Origin: Anthoceros angustus
Taxonomy: Eukaryota; Plantae; Anthocerotophyta
Assembly: GCA_010909165.1 (NCBI GenBank)
Contig: VJWM01000044.1
Coordinates: forward strand, 496,001 to 560,000
Direction of reading: 5' to 3'
Length of the DNA: 64,000 nt
Below are positions 52,267 to 64,000 of this stretch, piece after piece. Position numbers and translations under genes: made by a program. Below the pieces are notes generated by a model. The model was not told the DNA's origin. It did no database searches and was given only the letters and a program-made list of their open reading frames with translations. Positions within the stretch are counted from its first letter, which is position 1; each line of letters starts with the position of its first letter.

Positions 52267-52431
52267 AAAGTGTGTGATTGGCCTTATGCCTTATACCTTT
52301 CGAACCATGCTAGAGGATCTTCTCTTGCTCCAAGCTCTATATAAAAGTGTGTGATTGGCCTTAGGCCTTATACCTTTCGAACTACGCTAGAGAATTTTCT
52401 CTTGCTCCAAGCTCTATATAAAAGTGTGTGA
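52267..52431. repeat. ~77-bp tandem repeat (2 copies plus the start of a third)
   Basis: aaagtgtgtgattggcctta.gccttatacctttcgaac...ttctcttgctccaagctctatata is repeated. Confidence 0.88.
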
Positions 52432-53754
52432 CGTCCAAAGATCCATAGGAATTACGAAGTCCTTTCATAGCTTCAAAACCTTGCTCCACGTTTAACAGCT
52501 CAGCTCCTCTAGGCTAACATATATGTATGCCACAACTCTATGAATGATTGGAGTTACAAACCTCCTAACAAACCTGTGAATTGTTGAAATGCCTACCCCA
52601 AAGCTATCACCAATGAGAGCAATGTATCCCTTCTTACCAGGCATCTTAATACAGTTCCCACTTATAATTCAACAGACAGCATGACTCGGCCTGGGATAGA
52701 AGCAAAGCCATGAATAATAGTCCAAGATAAAGCTTCACGCACAAGGCTACAAAGGTAATGAAAAGCAGGCCAAGAGAATTTGAAAAACATTTGAAAACAT
52801 GCAAGGTCAAAAGACCTTGCTTCAGATCCGGAAAGCCACGACGACAGGCTCACTCCGTGTAGCCCATGGTCCACTCGGTGAGGCCGGCTTCCACATTTCT
52901 TTATGCCCGCAAGGGCTACAGGATACGGAGCCTTCGCGATATCGGCTGGTTCAATCTGTCTACGTAGAACCACCTGAAAGCCTACTCCTCCAAGTTTCAA
53001 ATCGTTTTGTAGGGTTAGACAATTCCGGACAGTGTGCTAAAATGGGTGCAATTAATCTGATTTTTTTAGGACATGTTCATACGTGTATCAAAACCGTAAC
53101 TGCAAAAAACCGGACATATTTACAGGGTACGAAAAACTGCATATGAAAGTGCAAAAACCAGCATCAACTCCCAAGAAACAAGCCCGATTTTGCAAAGCAT
53201 CGGCAAAACGATGGCCAACAGACTAGTCGGTGTCCAGACCGGACGCAGCTAAGGAACCAGAATGGCCGTCCGGACGTGTTCTTGCAACTATCAACTACAT
53301 CCGTCTGCAACACTCGAACAGGCGCAGTTTGCCAATCATCAAATCAACATGAAACGGGCAATCATCTACTCGCCCGACGTTGGGTGCACCTCGCCGCCCT
53401 CTCCTTACTGCTAACTGCTAAGGAGGCCACAATTTCAGGGCATCTTCGCAGTTCTGCGGGCCCTTCTGGGCCCTTCACACAGGTTAGCAACCTGCGCTTG
53501 CGAGTCTAGGTCCTCACACAACGCCAGCAAACAGGGAGCCTTGTCTGCCAGCGCTTTCTGATCTACTTCGAGACCAGCATTCAGTAGAATTCCGGGATTC
53601 TCTCCACCACCTCACCTGCTTCACGCCCTACTGCTGGCCTTCCGCACTTACAATGGAAGTCATCAATTTCTCGTCCATTTGCACAAGCCACATGAGTAGG
53701 AGCTTCTCCCGTCTAAGAAATGGAAGGAAAGGTGCCGTTTAAGTGCCAGCAAAC

Positions 53755-54005
53755 GGCAGGCAGCGAAAACTCTTCTCACTGACATGCGTGGAGGTTGCAA
53801 ACCCAAGCCTTGGCTCTCCACACCGGTACAAGAGCATCGGATTTGATTCCGGCGAACGCTAAAACAAGAGGGTCAGCGCGGCTTCCTTAAGGGTCTTGTC
53901 CCGAATCTGCTGAAAGTCGGGCTTGCTGCAAGCATCACCTACCTTGTGTCCGAGGCAACGGACAAGCAGTTCTCACTGAATAATGAGCAGCTGATGAGTT
54001 GATTA
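53755..54005 (+). pseudogene. Degraded copy of the last intron end and last exon of the ATP-Mg/Pi carrier
   Basis: aatctgctgaaagtcgggcttgctgcaagcatcacctaccttgtgtccgaggc aligns with 40721-40773. The acceptor is altered (tggag vs tgcag) and there are indels. Confidence 0.85.
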
Positions 54006-54165
54006 AGTCTCCAATGACGTGATGTTCACAACGACCCTTGGCGGATTCGCGGGGATGATGCACAAAATGTCCTCTCCAGGCGCCACATAGGGTTCAAGTG
54101 CAGTACGGAACGGGATGAACCGTATAACGCGCCAATGGAAGTGAAGGAGTCCTGTTAAGTTACGT

Positions 54166-57000
54166 CTACAGTACGTGGACAGACGCCCGCAATACTGCCA
54201 ACAGGTCGTCTCCACATGGCTGGAATGAACCATTTTGCAACAAGCACCCTTTCAGCGGTCTTGCTTGCTGGTCGAAAGAACCAGAGGGGTCTTCTGCTCT
54301 CTGCGCTGCCCTTGCCTCGAGACGTGACCAGTCATCACCACTCGTTTTTTGAGCTCCATCATCCACAGCAGAAGGCTTCGATGAGCTCAACAAAACTGCA
54401 CGTTCCACAAGCTCATCAGCCGGACTGCTTGTAGCTCTACGAGGGTCCTCGTCACCTGGAGTGGAAGGTGCAGCCACATCCCTATCGACATTTCGAGGCA
54501 AACTTGAACCCAATCGCTCTCCTACTCTATTTGCTGCTGAGCCTCCATCTAAGTTGCGTTCGAACTCGCAGTCAAAATTGCTTTCCTCTATGTGCCTGCC
54601 TCGAAGAATTGTACCTATAGCGCAAGGCCTCCACCCGTGCACCTTTTTCCACCTTCGTGATGACCCAGTCGGGACAGTACCAGTCTTCTCGGCTTCCGAC
54701 CCTTTTAGAGTTGCTGCAGCCTTCAAGACTTCACGGATAAGAGACACCTGCTGCTCCTTAGCCTCAGCTACTGTGACCTCAAGATCGGGTTGTGGGGCAG
54801 GTGCCATGAACTCGCTGGTTTTTATCAACCTCTCTGAACCAGGCGCAGGCTCATGGACTGCGGCTGACCTCATCAATACCACTGGTTGCCCTCTTGTTCC
54901 TTGCCTACAACCATTGCTCATTGCCTGGTCCGAGCCCTTCATATCTGTGCCAGGCAGCTCACCACTTCTGTGCTGCCCTGTGAAACTACTTTCAGAATCA
55001 ATCATGAAATCGACTGCACCAAGTTTAGCAAGAATTACAGCTCGTCGAAGCAATCTCCTGTCTCCAATCTGTTTCGCCAGAAGGGAGACAAGTCTCTCCA
55101 GCTGTTTGTTTGTGCCTATCTTCCGTAGACACTTGAACAGTAACTCCTTCAATACTCCATTAAATAGTGCACCTACAAGGGGAGGGCCCTCCGATGGACT
55201 CTGACCATTATCAACCTTACGAGCTTTAAGTGGAGGAAGCTCTGAATTCCTGGTCGATAGCTTCTCACCGAGAAGCCAGGCTCCCCAATCTAGTAAGCCA
55301 GAAACCACTGATGAAGACGAGCTGAGAAATTTATTTTCTGCAGCTGAGGGCTCTTGCTTGTGAAGCTGTGTCCTGGTAGCCGCAATTTGGCTTTCAACAG
55401 CAGACTCGCCGTCATGTGTCTTGTCCTCACACAGTCTGTCAATGATGCGCGTCAGTAACATGAGCGGCAACTCAGGCATGTGAGAGGCCAGCCTCCTGAT
55501 CGCATACTTCCACACTGCAGCTGCAGGGTCAGCCAATTGATCACGTTGTGGACTGCCCATACCATCCCGATGGTGAAGTCCACTATCATTAGTGGACGAC
55601 AAGGCACCATGAGATTGATTGTCCTCTTCCGCTACTCGCAATTGACCTATGAGCCCATCATCTACTATAATGGAGACCAGATCTGATCTAGCTGAGGAAC
55701 AAAGCTCCAGCAACTGGTCAAGCTGAAGATTCTGCTGCCGCTTCAAAGCTGTCAAAAATCAAATCACTGTCAACATCTGCTGTTCCACAACAGTCAGTGC
55801 AACCACATTCAAAATCACAGCTCTTCAAGCCACAGCAAACCTTTTCTAGTCTTCTTCAGCTCTTTCCGATCAAGGGGATCCTGCTCCTCCTGCTCGTCAG
55901 ATGTGGGTGGACAACTCTTGGCGCTTGCTGAGGTTAGGTGTAAAGCTTGGACGTACTCCATCAGTTTAAGCTTCAACTGTGTTCGCACGTCCTGTAACTT
56001 CTGTTCCTGGAATGACCAGTAGTGCGACTCCAACCAAGATAACATCTGCAAACTTGCATCAACAAAAAAAGTCATAAAAAACTCCCAAGCCAGTGACGGG
56101 TTGCATAGCAGATAAAAGGTGTTGCCAAATCACCTCTTTACTCCCGTCCCGGAGGAGTGAAATGGCAGGAAGCTCCATGTGTGCAGATTCTGAGAAACGA
56201 AAGCTGGTGTTAGGTCCTCAGCAACATCCACCGATGAAAAAAACCCAGATATGACGTCCGAATGTTCCATCGTGCGTGGAGTGCAGGAATACCATGCCGA
56301 ATGTCAACCAGCACACGAGGTAGGCCGACTTTCTCCGCTCGGGTAGCCACGGATGCAGAGTTACGCCTGTGAGCCTGGTCCACAATCCCGTTCACTAACC
56401 TGTCGCGGCAGCAGTCATCTGGAAGGGTTGATTCGGGCACACAATCCAGCACCCTCAGCCAAAACACAACGAACAGACGTTTGCATACCTCATGGTAGTC
56501 ATTGCGTACATCATCTGCAGCATCCCTTCCGGAAGAGCCAGGTGCGCTGGCAGCCCTGTTCTGCAACGCCCGCCATCAGCCAAGACTCATCTCAGACTTC
56601 CAGCTCGCAGACAATTCTGTCAATATTGCAACACGGAGACCACAGCCAACGGCCGCACCTGAATTCCGCATCTCGTTGATGCACGCCTATAATTTTCCCG
56701 CTGACCTCCACGGCCACAGGCACGTCGCCCCTGCTGTGCCATGCAGCAATCTGCGACCCGCCACGAGCACGAGCATGAGCACAAGGCTCCCTCCTCCAGA
56801 ATCCACAGCACACAGCGGCACCACTCCCTTCCTCACTCACTCACCCGATTCAATGCAGCGGAAACCCGAGCCGGACGGCCGGAGAAAAGGGCCGAGCGCA
56901 GGGCCCTCCACTCCTTCCAGCTCTGCCACGGCACACGCCTGAGCTCCGACTGCGCCCGCCCCCGCTTCCTGCTGCCTCCACCATCCCCTTCAGACGCCAT
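54166..57000 (-). CDS. LAS1: LAS1 HEPN endoribonuclease (pre-rRNA ITS2 processing), multi-exon
   Basis: Spliced MASEG...RRVPWQSWKEW / IAAWHSRGDVPVAVEV / MLQMMYAMTTMR-LVNGIVD / GLPRVLVDIRH-ESAH (HEPN R-H-x-x-x-H) / MELP / WLESHYW, then a long C-terminal exon. Confidence 0.9.
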
Positions 57001-57205
57001 GGATCCGTTTAGCGGACCAACCCCGCCCTTTCGCGGCTTTCCGTTAGGGCTCCGGCCGTGCTAACTGCTCCGCCCCGCCTTGTCACGCGCTCCAGGCCTC
57101 CATGGCCGCATCGCATGCTGGCGGGCGAGATGGTGGTGCGCGCCGCTGCCCCTGCCGCCGCGTCCTCCTCCTGCCAATGTGAGATATTGCGGCGCCTCCT
57201 ACGGC

Positions 57206-57565
57206 ATGGGCGCACCTCTGAGCCCCGCCCTGGGGTTCCTGACCAAGCTGAACAAGAAGGTGGAGGACCTGGGGCCGGCCATGGCGCTCATCAGTATGGG
57301 CACATCCGCCGGCTACTTCCTCTCATCCAGAGAACATTCCTGGCAGCTGGAGATCGCCAAACTGGAGGCTGAACTCCGCTACGAGAAGGAGCGCGCGCAA
57401 AAGGATCTGGCCCTCCTGATGAAGGACTTGGAGCGTGAAAGGGAGGCGCGCGAGGCTGCCGTTCAGAAGGCCCGGGCTGACACCTCCAACTACTTCCTTC
57501 GTTCCGGCGAATACGAGAACATGATGAAAAGAATTCACGGAGACGGGAAACCTAACCCAACCTAG
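57206..57565 (+). CDS. Small hypothetical coiled-coil protein (119 aa), head-to-head with LAS1
   Basis: GC3-rich ORF with a short hydrophobic stretch (AMALISMGTSAGYFL) followed by LEIAKLEAELRYEKERAQKDLALLMKDLEREREARE. Confidence 0.6.
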   Translation: MGAPLSPALGFLTKLNKKVEDLGPAMALISMGTSAGYFLSSREHSWQLEIAKLEAELRYEKERAQKDLALLMKDLEREREAREAAVQKARADTSNYFLRSGEYENMMKRIHGDGKPNPT

Positions 57566-57789
57566 GCAGATAGGCTAGGTTTCCAACACCAGATAGACTG
57601 TACATTTTTTGATGCCACATACCTGCCTAGACTATTTGTATACGTCCTTAGTGACCTTGTTTAGCATATTTTTGCCTTCTATACTTTATTCTTTAATATT
57701 GATAAAAATACTAGGTACCTATTATCAAACAGTTTCTCCTAGCACCGGGTCGGTTTTTCTCCGACGGTGGAGGCAGCTTTTCCGTGCAA

Positions 57790-58470
57790 AGGACGAACTG
57801 AAAATTCAGGTTGAAGAAAGGGAAGCACCTTCATGCCCAGATTAGGGAACGTGGACAGCAAGCTGACGTGTTTGTAGCAAGCAGTTCGGTGACCATGTAC
57901 GCGAAGTGTGGCAACTTGGAAGATGCCCAGAGTGTGTTTAACGGACTGTGTCAGAAAGACGTGTTGATGTGGGAAGAAGGGCCTCCTGGCCCAAACCCAC
58001 TTCTTCTGCACAGTTCTATTCAAGATGGTGTCATCGCTGGCCCTGATTCTGGTACATTTGTTTGCCTTCTGCAGGCAGGCACCTGCACCCGCAGTTTTTC
58101 GAAAGAGGACTGCTGGATAATGTAGTGTCAGGCAACTGCCTGGTGGACATGCATGCAGCGTGTGATGAATTGAAAGATGCACGCCAGGCTTTTGATAGCT
58201 TGGCCTCGAAGAATGGGGTGACATGGGCGACCCTGCTTGCCGGATATCCGCAGCAAGGGCTTGGACAGACGGCGCTTATTGTGCATGGAAAATGGAGGAG
58301 CAGGGCCTGACTTTTGGACAGCCATGTTGCTTCTGCTTGCCCTGTGCAAGTAAGGCAGCTGCACTCACAGATTGTTGAAAAGGCAGCTTCACTCACAGAT
58401 TGTTGAAAGACGACTGCTGGATAACGTAGTGTTGGGCAACTGACGGGTGGGCATGTATGCAAAGTGTGGG
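57790..58470 (+). pseudogene. PLS-class PPR gene remnant
   Basis: GKHLHAQI..DVFVASS.VTMYAKCGNLEDAQSVF; NVVSGNCLVDM.AAC..L.DARQAFD...VTWATLLAGY.Q.G; split across frames with stops. Confidence 0.8.
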
Positions 58471-59259
58471 AAAGCACATGACCGGCATTCCCTACTCTAC
58501 GGTGAAGCAAACCGTAAACAAGTGTGTCGGTTGTTTGCCCGCAGATCTCCCACCATCTTGTTGGCCCCGACGAACTTTGGCTCATAGATTAGGGAGGAGC
58601 TAGGGATGTGCCACAGGCTCAACCCGAAGTCAGACCAAACCCGCCTTTGCCCCTAACGGCTGATCAGTCCACCCCACCTAGGATCGTACAGAACCGCATT
58701 CCCCTGAACATCTCCTAACAGCCATCGGGTGAGAGCTTTCTTCAGAAATCACCGGACCTTGTTCACCACATGCTGGCACGAGACTTCGGAAGCACTGAGA
58801 GCCAGCATCGGAGCTCTGGCAAGGGCTTTCCCGTTGGGGTAAGCGGAGGGGGCATCGCTTTCTCCGGCAGCAGCTAACTCTGACTGGTCCTCTTCGCTCA
58901 CCCACTTGGAGGAATACCACCTTCCCTGTACTTCCTCCTCTTTCAGCAACCACATGGCCTTCCCACGATGCAGCGTCACCTTGTGCCTGGCGCTGGTTTG
59001 TGCAAACATCCAGAACGGAATGACTTGTGCCGAGTCTCACAAGAAACACGAATGCTGAAAAGAGAATATGCTGAAAAGTGAGTATTTATTTCTCTAAAAC
59101 AAAAGTGAATATTTAGGGGATGAGCGCGGGCCCGAATAAGAGGAAGCCAGCGGAAAGAAACCAGGTGGCGTTATTTTGGCCCGTGGCTTGCTCGCTTGCT
59201 TGCTGCTGCTGTTGTGGCTTAAAGAGCAGGACGCGGTGGGAGGAGCGGGCGCAGTGGCA

Positions 59260-60357
59260 ATGGCGATGAGGCGGGCGGCCATGGCCGTAGGGTGGAGAGC
59301 GGCGGCGGCGAGGGAATGCAGAGGGTTTGCTGCCGCGGCGAGCGGGGAGATGACGGTCAGGGATGCACTCAACTCGGCGCTTGAGGAGGAGATGGCGGCA
59401 GATCCCACCGTCTTCGTCATGGGAGAAGAGGTGGGAGAGTACCAGGGGGCGTACAAGATCACCAAGGGCCTGCTGCAGAAGTTCGGGCCTGCGAGGGTGC
59501 TGGACACTCCCATCACGGAGGCGGGGTTCACAGGAATCGGGGTGGGAGCGGCCTTCTACGGCCTGCGCCCTGTGGTGGAGTTCATGACCTTCAACTTCGC
59601 CATGCAGGCCATCGACCACATCATCAATTCCGCGGCCAAGACGAACTACATGTCGGGAGGGCAGATCCCGGTGCCGATCGTGTTCCGGGGGCCCAACGGG
59701 GCTGCGGCAGGGGTGGCCGCGCAGCACTCGCAGTGCTACGCTGCCTGGTATGGAGCCTGCCCGGGCCTGAAGGTGCTGGTGCCTTGGTCGGCGGAGGACG
59801 CTAGGGGCCTGCTCAAGGCCGCCATTAGGGATCCCGACCCCGTGGTGTTTCTGGAGAATGAGATTCTGTACGGGGAGAGCTTCCCGGTGTCGCAGCAGGT
59901 GCTGGATCCCAGCTTCACGCTTCCCATCGGCAAGGCCAAGGTGGAGCGAGAAGGCACGGATGTCACCATTGTGGCTTTCTCCAAGATGGTAGGCTTTTCG
60001 CTCAAGGCCGCGGAGGAGCTGGCTAAGGACGGCATCAGCGCCGAGGTGTTGAATTTGCGGAGCATCCGGCCGCTGGACCGCCACGCCATCAACGCCTCCG
60101 TGCGCAAGACCTCCCGCCTGGTGACTGTGGAGGAGGGATGGCCGCAGCACGGCGTCGGTGCGGAGATCTGCGCTACCGTCGTGGACGACAGCTTCGAGTA
60201 CTTGGACGCTCCCGTGGAGCGGATTGCCGGGGCCGACATCCCGATGCCCTACGCTGCCAACCTGGAGCGCCTTGCTGTTCCGCAGATTGAGGATATCGTT
60301 CGGGCTGCCAAGAGGGCGTGCTACCGATCCGCAGGCCACCAGAGAGCTGTGGGATGA
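59260..60357 (+). CDS. PDHB: Mitochondrial pyruvate dehydrogenase E1 beta subunit, intronless
   Basis: Arg/Ala-rich transit peptide, then [76 protein letters not shown]. Confidence 0.96.
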   Translation: MAMRRAAMAVGWRAAAARECRGFAAAASGEMTVRDALNSALEEEMAADPTVFVMGEEVGEYQGAYKITKGLLQKFGPARVLDTPITEAGFTGIGVGAAFYGLRPVVEFMTFNFAMQAIDHIINSAAKTNYMSGGQIPVPIVFRGPNGAAAGVAAQHSQCYAAWYGACPGLKVLVPWSAEDARGLLKAAIRDPDPVVFLENEILYGESFPVSQQVLDPSFTLPIGKAKVEREGTDVTIVAFSKMVGFSLKAAEELAKDGISAEVLNLRSIRPLDRHAINASVRKTSRLVTVEEGWPQHGVGAEICATVVDDSFEYLDAPVERIAGADIPMPYAANLERLAVPQIEDIVRAAKRACYRSAGHQRAVG

Positions 60358-60964
60358 TTGATGGCCACCTTTCCGACTCTTGTTGTTTTTAGGTGAGATC
60401 AAGCTTCCGTGGCTGCTGCTGCTGCTGCTGATGCCATTCAATATGTATGCGGAGAATAAGGAGCTGTTGGTTGATTCACGGGGTAAAGGGAGCTCTCTTT
60501 CCCTCCCCATTTTTTGCAGAAGCTTTGATGTTCTCGTGATGTCCCAATTCCTTCCAGCTGTTGGCTGCTCTTCTGTCATCCGCTTTGTCCTGCTTCAGCT
60601 GATACTGGACAAACAAATTGTCAGTCCTATTGGAGTATGTCTGTAATTCACCGGCACCTTCTATTCGAATGCGGAAGCCAGCTTTGTATCATCCCTGCTG
60701 TCTATATGTTAATGTGGCCACTTGGAATCCGAGTTTCGCAGTGGCACCATTCTGACTGTCAAATCTTAGACGTGGCATTAGACGTGGTCTTGTGTCCATC
60801 TTGAGAATTTACTTCATATTTATTTTTGATCCACACATGTTCTCTCAGACTGTGAAGCTCAAGGAAGGAAGGATGTTACTCTGCCCTCCTCTTTTTCTGT
60901 CTATTGGAAGGAGGGCGTATGACGGGACAAGATTTGATCCAGTCACAAAACGTGACCACCTACG

Positions 60965-61137
60965 TAGTGCAGAATGCAGCTCGTCCCACTTAGTGCAGAA
61001 TGCAGCTTCTCCGACCTAGTGCAGAATGCAGCTTCTCCTACCTCGTGCAGAATGCAGCTTCCCCTACCTAGGGCAGAATGCAGCTCCTCCTACCTGGTGC
61101 AGAATGAAGCTCCTCCTACCTAGTGGAGAAAGCAGTT
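60965..61137. repeat. 26-bp minisatellite, ~7 copies
   Basis: Unit approximately agtgcagaatgcagct(t/c)ctcctacct, lying between the convergent PDHB and metacaspase genes. Confidence 0.9.
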
Positions 61138-61190
61138 CCGCTCAACGCAGCTGAATTTACTGCAGGAGGAAAAGAAGTGGATGCTAAATA

Positions 61191-62658
61191 TCAGGCTACA
61201 CTCTCGCAGATGAAGTACGAGTCTGCGTTGTCGTCGCTACAGTAGAGGCAGGGTTTCTGCGTGTGTCCTTGAATGTTGATGTACAGGCGGGCGGTTTTGA
61301 CGAGCTCCCTGTTGGTGATGGAGCCGTCCGTGCACGCCAGAGTCTGCAGGATGGCGTTAGTGAGCACCCCGTAAGCGTCCTTGGCGTTGCCAGTGGGATT
61401 CGCGTCGGCCGAGGTCTGGAAGGACTCGCAGCCGCTAACAAGAATGCCGTTGTCCTCTCTCACCCGATGCTCGGGAGGACCCTTGGAGTCCGCCACGGCG
61501 ACGTAGCCTTCCCCTTCATCGTCCAGCTTCTGCTTGAGGAACTGTTGGGCCAGGCTATCCTCTGCGGCATCCCCAGACTGGATCCGCTGCACCTGGTTGC
61601 TGACGAAGCCCTTCACGTTCCTGCTCGCCTCCTGCCCGAAGGTGTCGTAGAGCGTGGTGCGGATGTTCCCCACGCTCACATCGCGTCCCGTCTTCTGGCT
61701 AAGCAGGGCCGCCAGCTCTTCCGTGGACAGAGCCTTGGATTTCACACCGGGCAAGCTCTTTGTCTGTTGGAAATTCACCTTGGCCGGCTTCACCGGCGGC
61801 TTGGTTTTCACAGGCGGCTTGGCCTTTACAGGAGGAGGCTTGGCTCTCACAGGCTTCTCTTCCTCCTCTTCTTCTTCTTCCTCTTCCTCTTCCTCCTCTT
61901 CTTCTTCTTCCTCTTCCTCCTCTTCGTCTTCCCCTTCCTCCTCCTCTTCTTCTTCGTCTTCCCCTTCCTCCTCTTCCTCCTCCTCTTCTTCCTCTTCTGC
62001 TGCTGCTGCTGCCGCCGCTGCTTCTTCTTCTTCTTTGGCTTTCGCCGCCGCCGCCGCAGCAGCCGCGGCCGCCGCCTGCTCGTTGGTGTTGGACGAGTTG
62101 CCGATCTGCTCGAGAGCGTGATCGATGAGGCCGCCGCTGTGGCAAGAGTCGGACACGATGGTGATGGTGGCACCCGGGGGCACCTTGTTCACGATCGCCC
62201 TGAAGTCATCATCTGTCGAACACGCACTCCGAGTGAGTGAGAGAGCACCAAAGCGGCAGCTGCTGTCGCCAATGCCAATGGCCCAATTGGCATTCGCAGA
62301 CTGTACACAAACCTGACAAGAGATTGAAGTCACAGGGCACGATGCACTCGTCAAAGCCGGTGTCATCCTGCTCTCCGGCCTCAGGCGTGACCCGCGTTCC
62401 GTGTCCACTGAACTGGACGAACAAGGAATCCCCGGGCTGCACCCCGTCCACCAGCTGGTCCAGGGCCGCCCGGATGTTGGCCCCGGTGGGGAGCGGGTAA
62501 TTGGGGTCATTGTCCACCAGCAAGACGATGTTCTCCGGCGGGAACCCGAACCTCTTAATGAGGACCTCGGCGAATCGCCACACGTCGTTGGTGCAGCCCC
62601 GCAGCTCCGACTGCGTGCCGGGGTAGGTGCAGCCGATGAGAACCGCCTTCTTCACCAT
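61191..62658 (-). CDS. Type II metacaspase (2 exons, intron 62213-62312) with poly-Ala/poly-Glu linker
   Basis: No prodomain ([20 protein letters not shown]). Catalytic FSGHG and SDSCHSGG, linker ending KSKALS, p10 domain GILVSGC..QTSADA...Q.PCLYC. Confidence 0.95.
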
Positions 62659-64000
62659 TTTCGCGCAGCTTCGCACCTGGGCTCACCGATAATCTACGAC
62701 AGTGTCCAAGGGCTTTCAAGCTCCAGCACCGCGTTCTGCACGCCCCTTCTTATACAGCGCCATTGGCCCATCCCCTATCTGGCAATGTGCGCGCTGTCCC
62801 ACACTACGCGCTCCGCCTTTCTCTCTCTCCCTGCTGGATGCCCTCCCTATCTTTCCCGATTTGGGGACGCGCCGACGTGCAACTTGATGACCCAAATTCC
62901 TTGCTTCGACTGCACAGATCGCGCAAGTGGGATGCCAGAACCCTGGCAGCCAGCTGACCAGATACACCTCCAAGTACAGAGATGTGGAACTCCGCGTCCC
63001 CGGCCCTCTAACATTGTTATGCGCACGGGCTTGGAGCTGCAATCCACCATGTAACTATGTCCATACATAGTTACCGCGCCCGTTCCGGCGACCAAGAGCT
63101 CCCCCCATCCTGAATTCCAGAGCATCGTGCTGAGCACTCGAGATTCGAGAAATATCTTCTTCCCCGACCGGTGAAAGCTAGAGTAGCTTGTACACACATA
63201 TGTGCAGTCGTTTGTCTACCCCAGCTTTCACCGGTCGGGAAAGCTGCTAACGACAGGCCGTTCAACTGTAACATGGAAGACTCGGCCATCCAGTACGCAC
63301 AAAAAAGCGACGGAGGCGGCGGAGTTGCGGGAAGGGAATGTGCTGTCACGTGCTGTCGACTGTGATCTGCGGCCAGCCTTTACACATACCCAGCTAAGTA
63401 CACATGTGTGCCCATAAAACCCAGCGAGGTGTATGTTCGACACCATCTGCATTACGATGTGTTTTACAGGAAACATGACAATTCTCAGGGAAAGATATGT
63501 GGCCTTGGTCAAACTATGTACAGATTGCTTTCGGAACTTGAGTTGCTAGAAGAATTAATACAACTCAATGGGTTGCTGAGAGATCACGACAGCGTCACAG
63601 CAACGTGCTTGCGGTCACACGCGTATGCCTGGGCAAGTCAAGAGTCACATGAGATCCGGATGCAAACAAAGGGACATAATAACTGCAAAACCTTTGAAGC
63701 GTACATACAGTGCCCCAGTACCTCCGAGCTAAGACCCTTGACATGGATGTTTGAGAAAAGTTCGGCGGGATGAGGTTCCGGAATTTCCCGAGATGAAACA
63801 AGCACAATACCAAGAATAATCTTAGGAACAGAAGCAAACAACATGCTCAGATAGACCGAGGAACACAAGGATCAAACGTGGGCTCAAACCTTAACTAGAG
63901 CCACTGCACCATCTACCTTCTTCTTCGCTTCCTTCTCAACGTTCTGAGCAACATGCTGAAGAAGAAGTTAGGCTCTAGAAGTGGAAGTGTCACAAGACCA

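Noticed and set aside
52600-53750. Short ORFs possibly from a TE or gene relic
   Set aside because: No motif I can name; multiple stops.
58560-59049. Possible gene fragment upstream of PDHB
   Set aside because: Overlapping short ORFs with no recognisable family or splice structure.
59113-60579. 488-aa antisense ORF and other long shadow ORFs (50701-51762, 61263-62240, 7682-8461)
   Set aside because: They are antisense to GC3-rich real genes and show no independent protein features.
60965-61137. Repeat array as a CRISPR-like locus
   Set aside because: Units are head-to-tail with no unique spacers, there are no cas genes, and the context is eukaryotic.
62700-64000. Short ORFs at the window end
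   Set aside because: No recognisable coding signal; probably promoter/intergenic DNA or the 3' end of a gene outside the window.

Overview
Compact, GC-rich, spliceosomal-intron-containing nuclear DNA of a plant. The DNA-PKcs gene, Pol IV/V-type subunits, PLS-class PPR remnant and ~80-180 nt introns point to a non-flowering land plant (hornwort/lycophyte-like; inference). Intact genes: a PRCC-like protein, RPN6, a GDSL/IAH1-like esterase, mitoribosomal mS23, a ~16 kb DNA-PKcs containing an AT-AC U12 intron, two divergent and essentially intronless NRPD2/NRPE2-type RNA polymerase second subunits flanking RPT2, an EF-hand ATP-Mg/Pi carrier, LAS1, an intronless mitochondrial PDH E1-beta and a type II metacaspase. 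The right half is rearranged: a Ty3/Gypsy element with non-canonical AGT...ACT LTR ends and a scrambled interior, a direct ~1 kb duplication (carrier/LAS1 3' ends, reciprocally degraded), and an inverted ~2.4 kb duplication (PDH-E1b/metacaspase pseudocopies). Strongest candidate for a new system: the NRPD2/E2 paralog pair, one of which carries a ~325-aa WG/GW-rich insertion resembling an Argonaute hook, a motif normally found on the Pol V largest subunit. All calls come from motif recognition and manual reading, not database searches.
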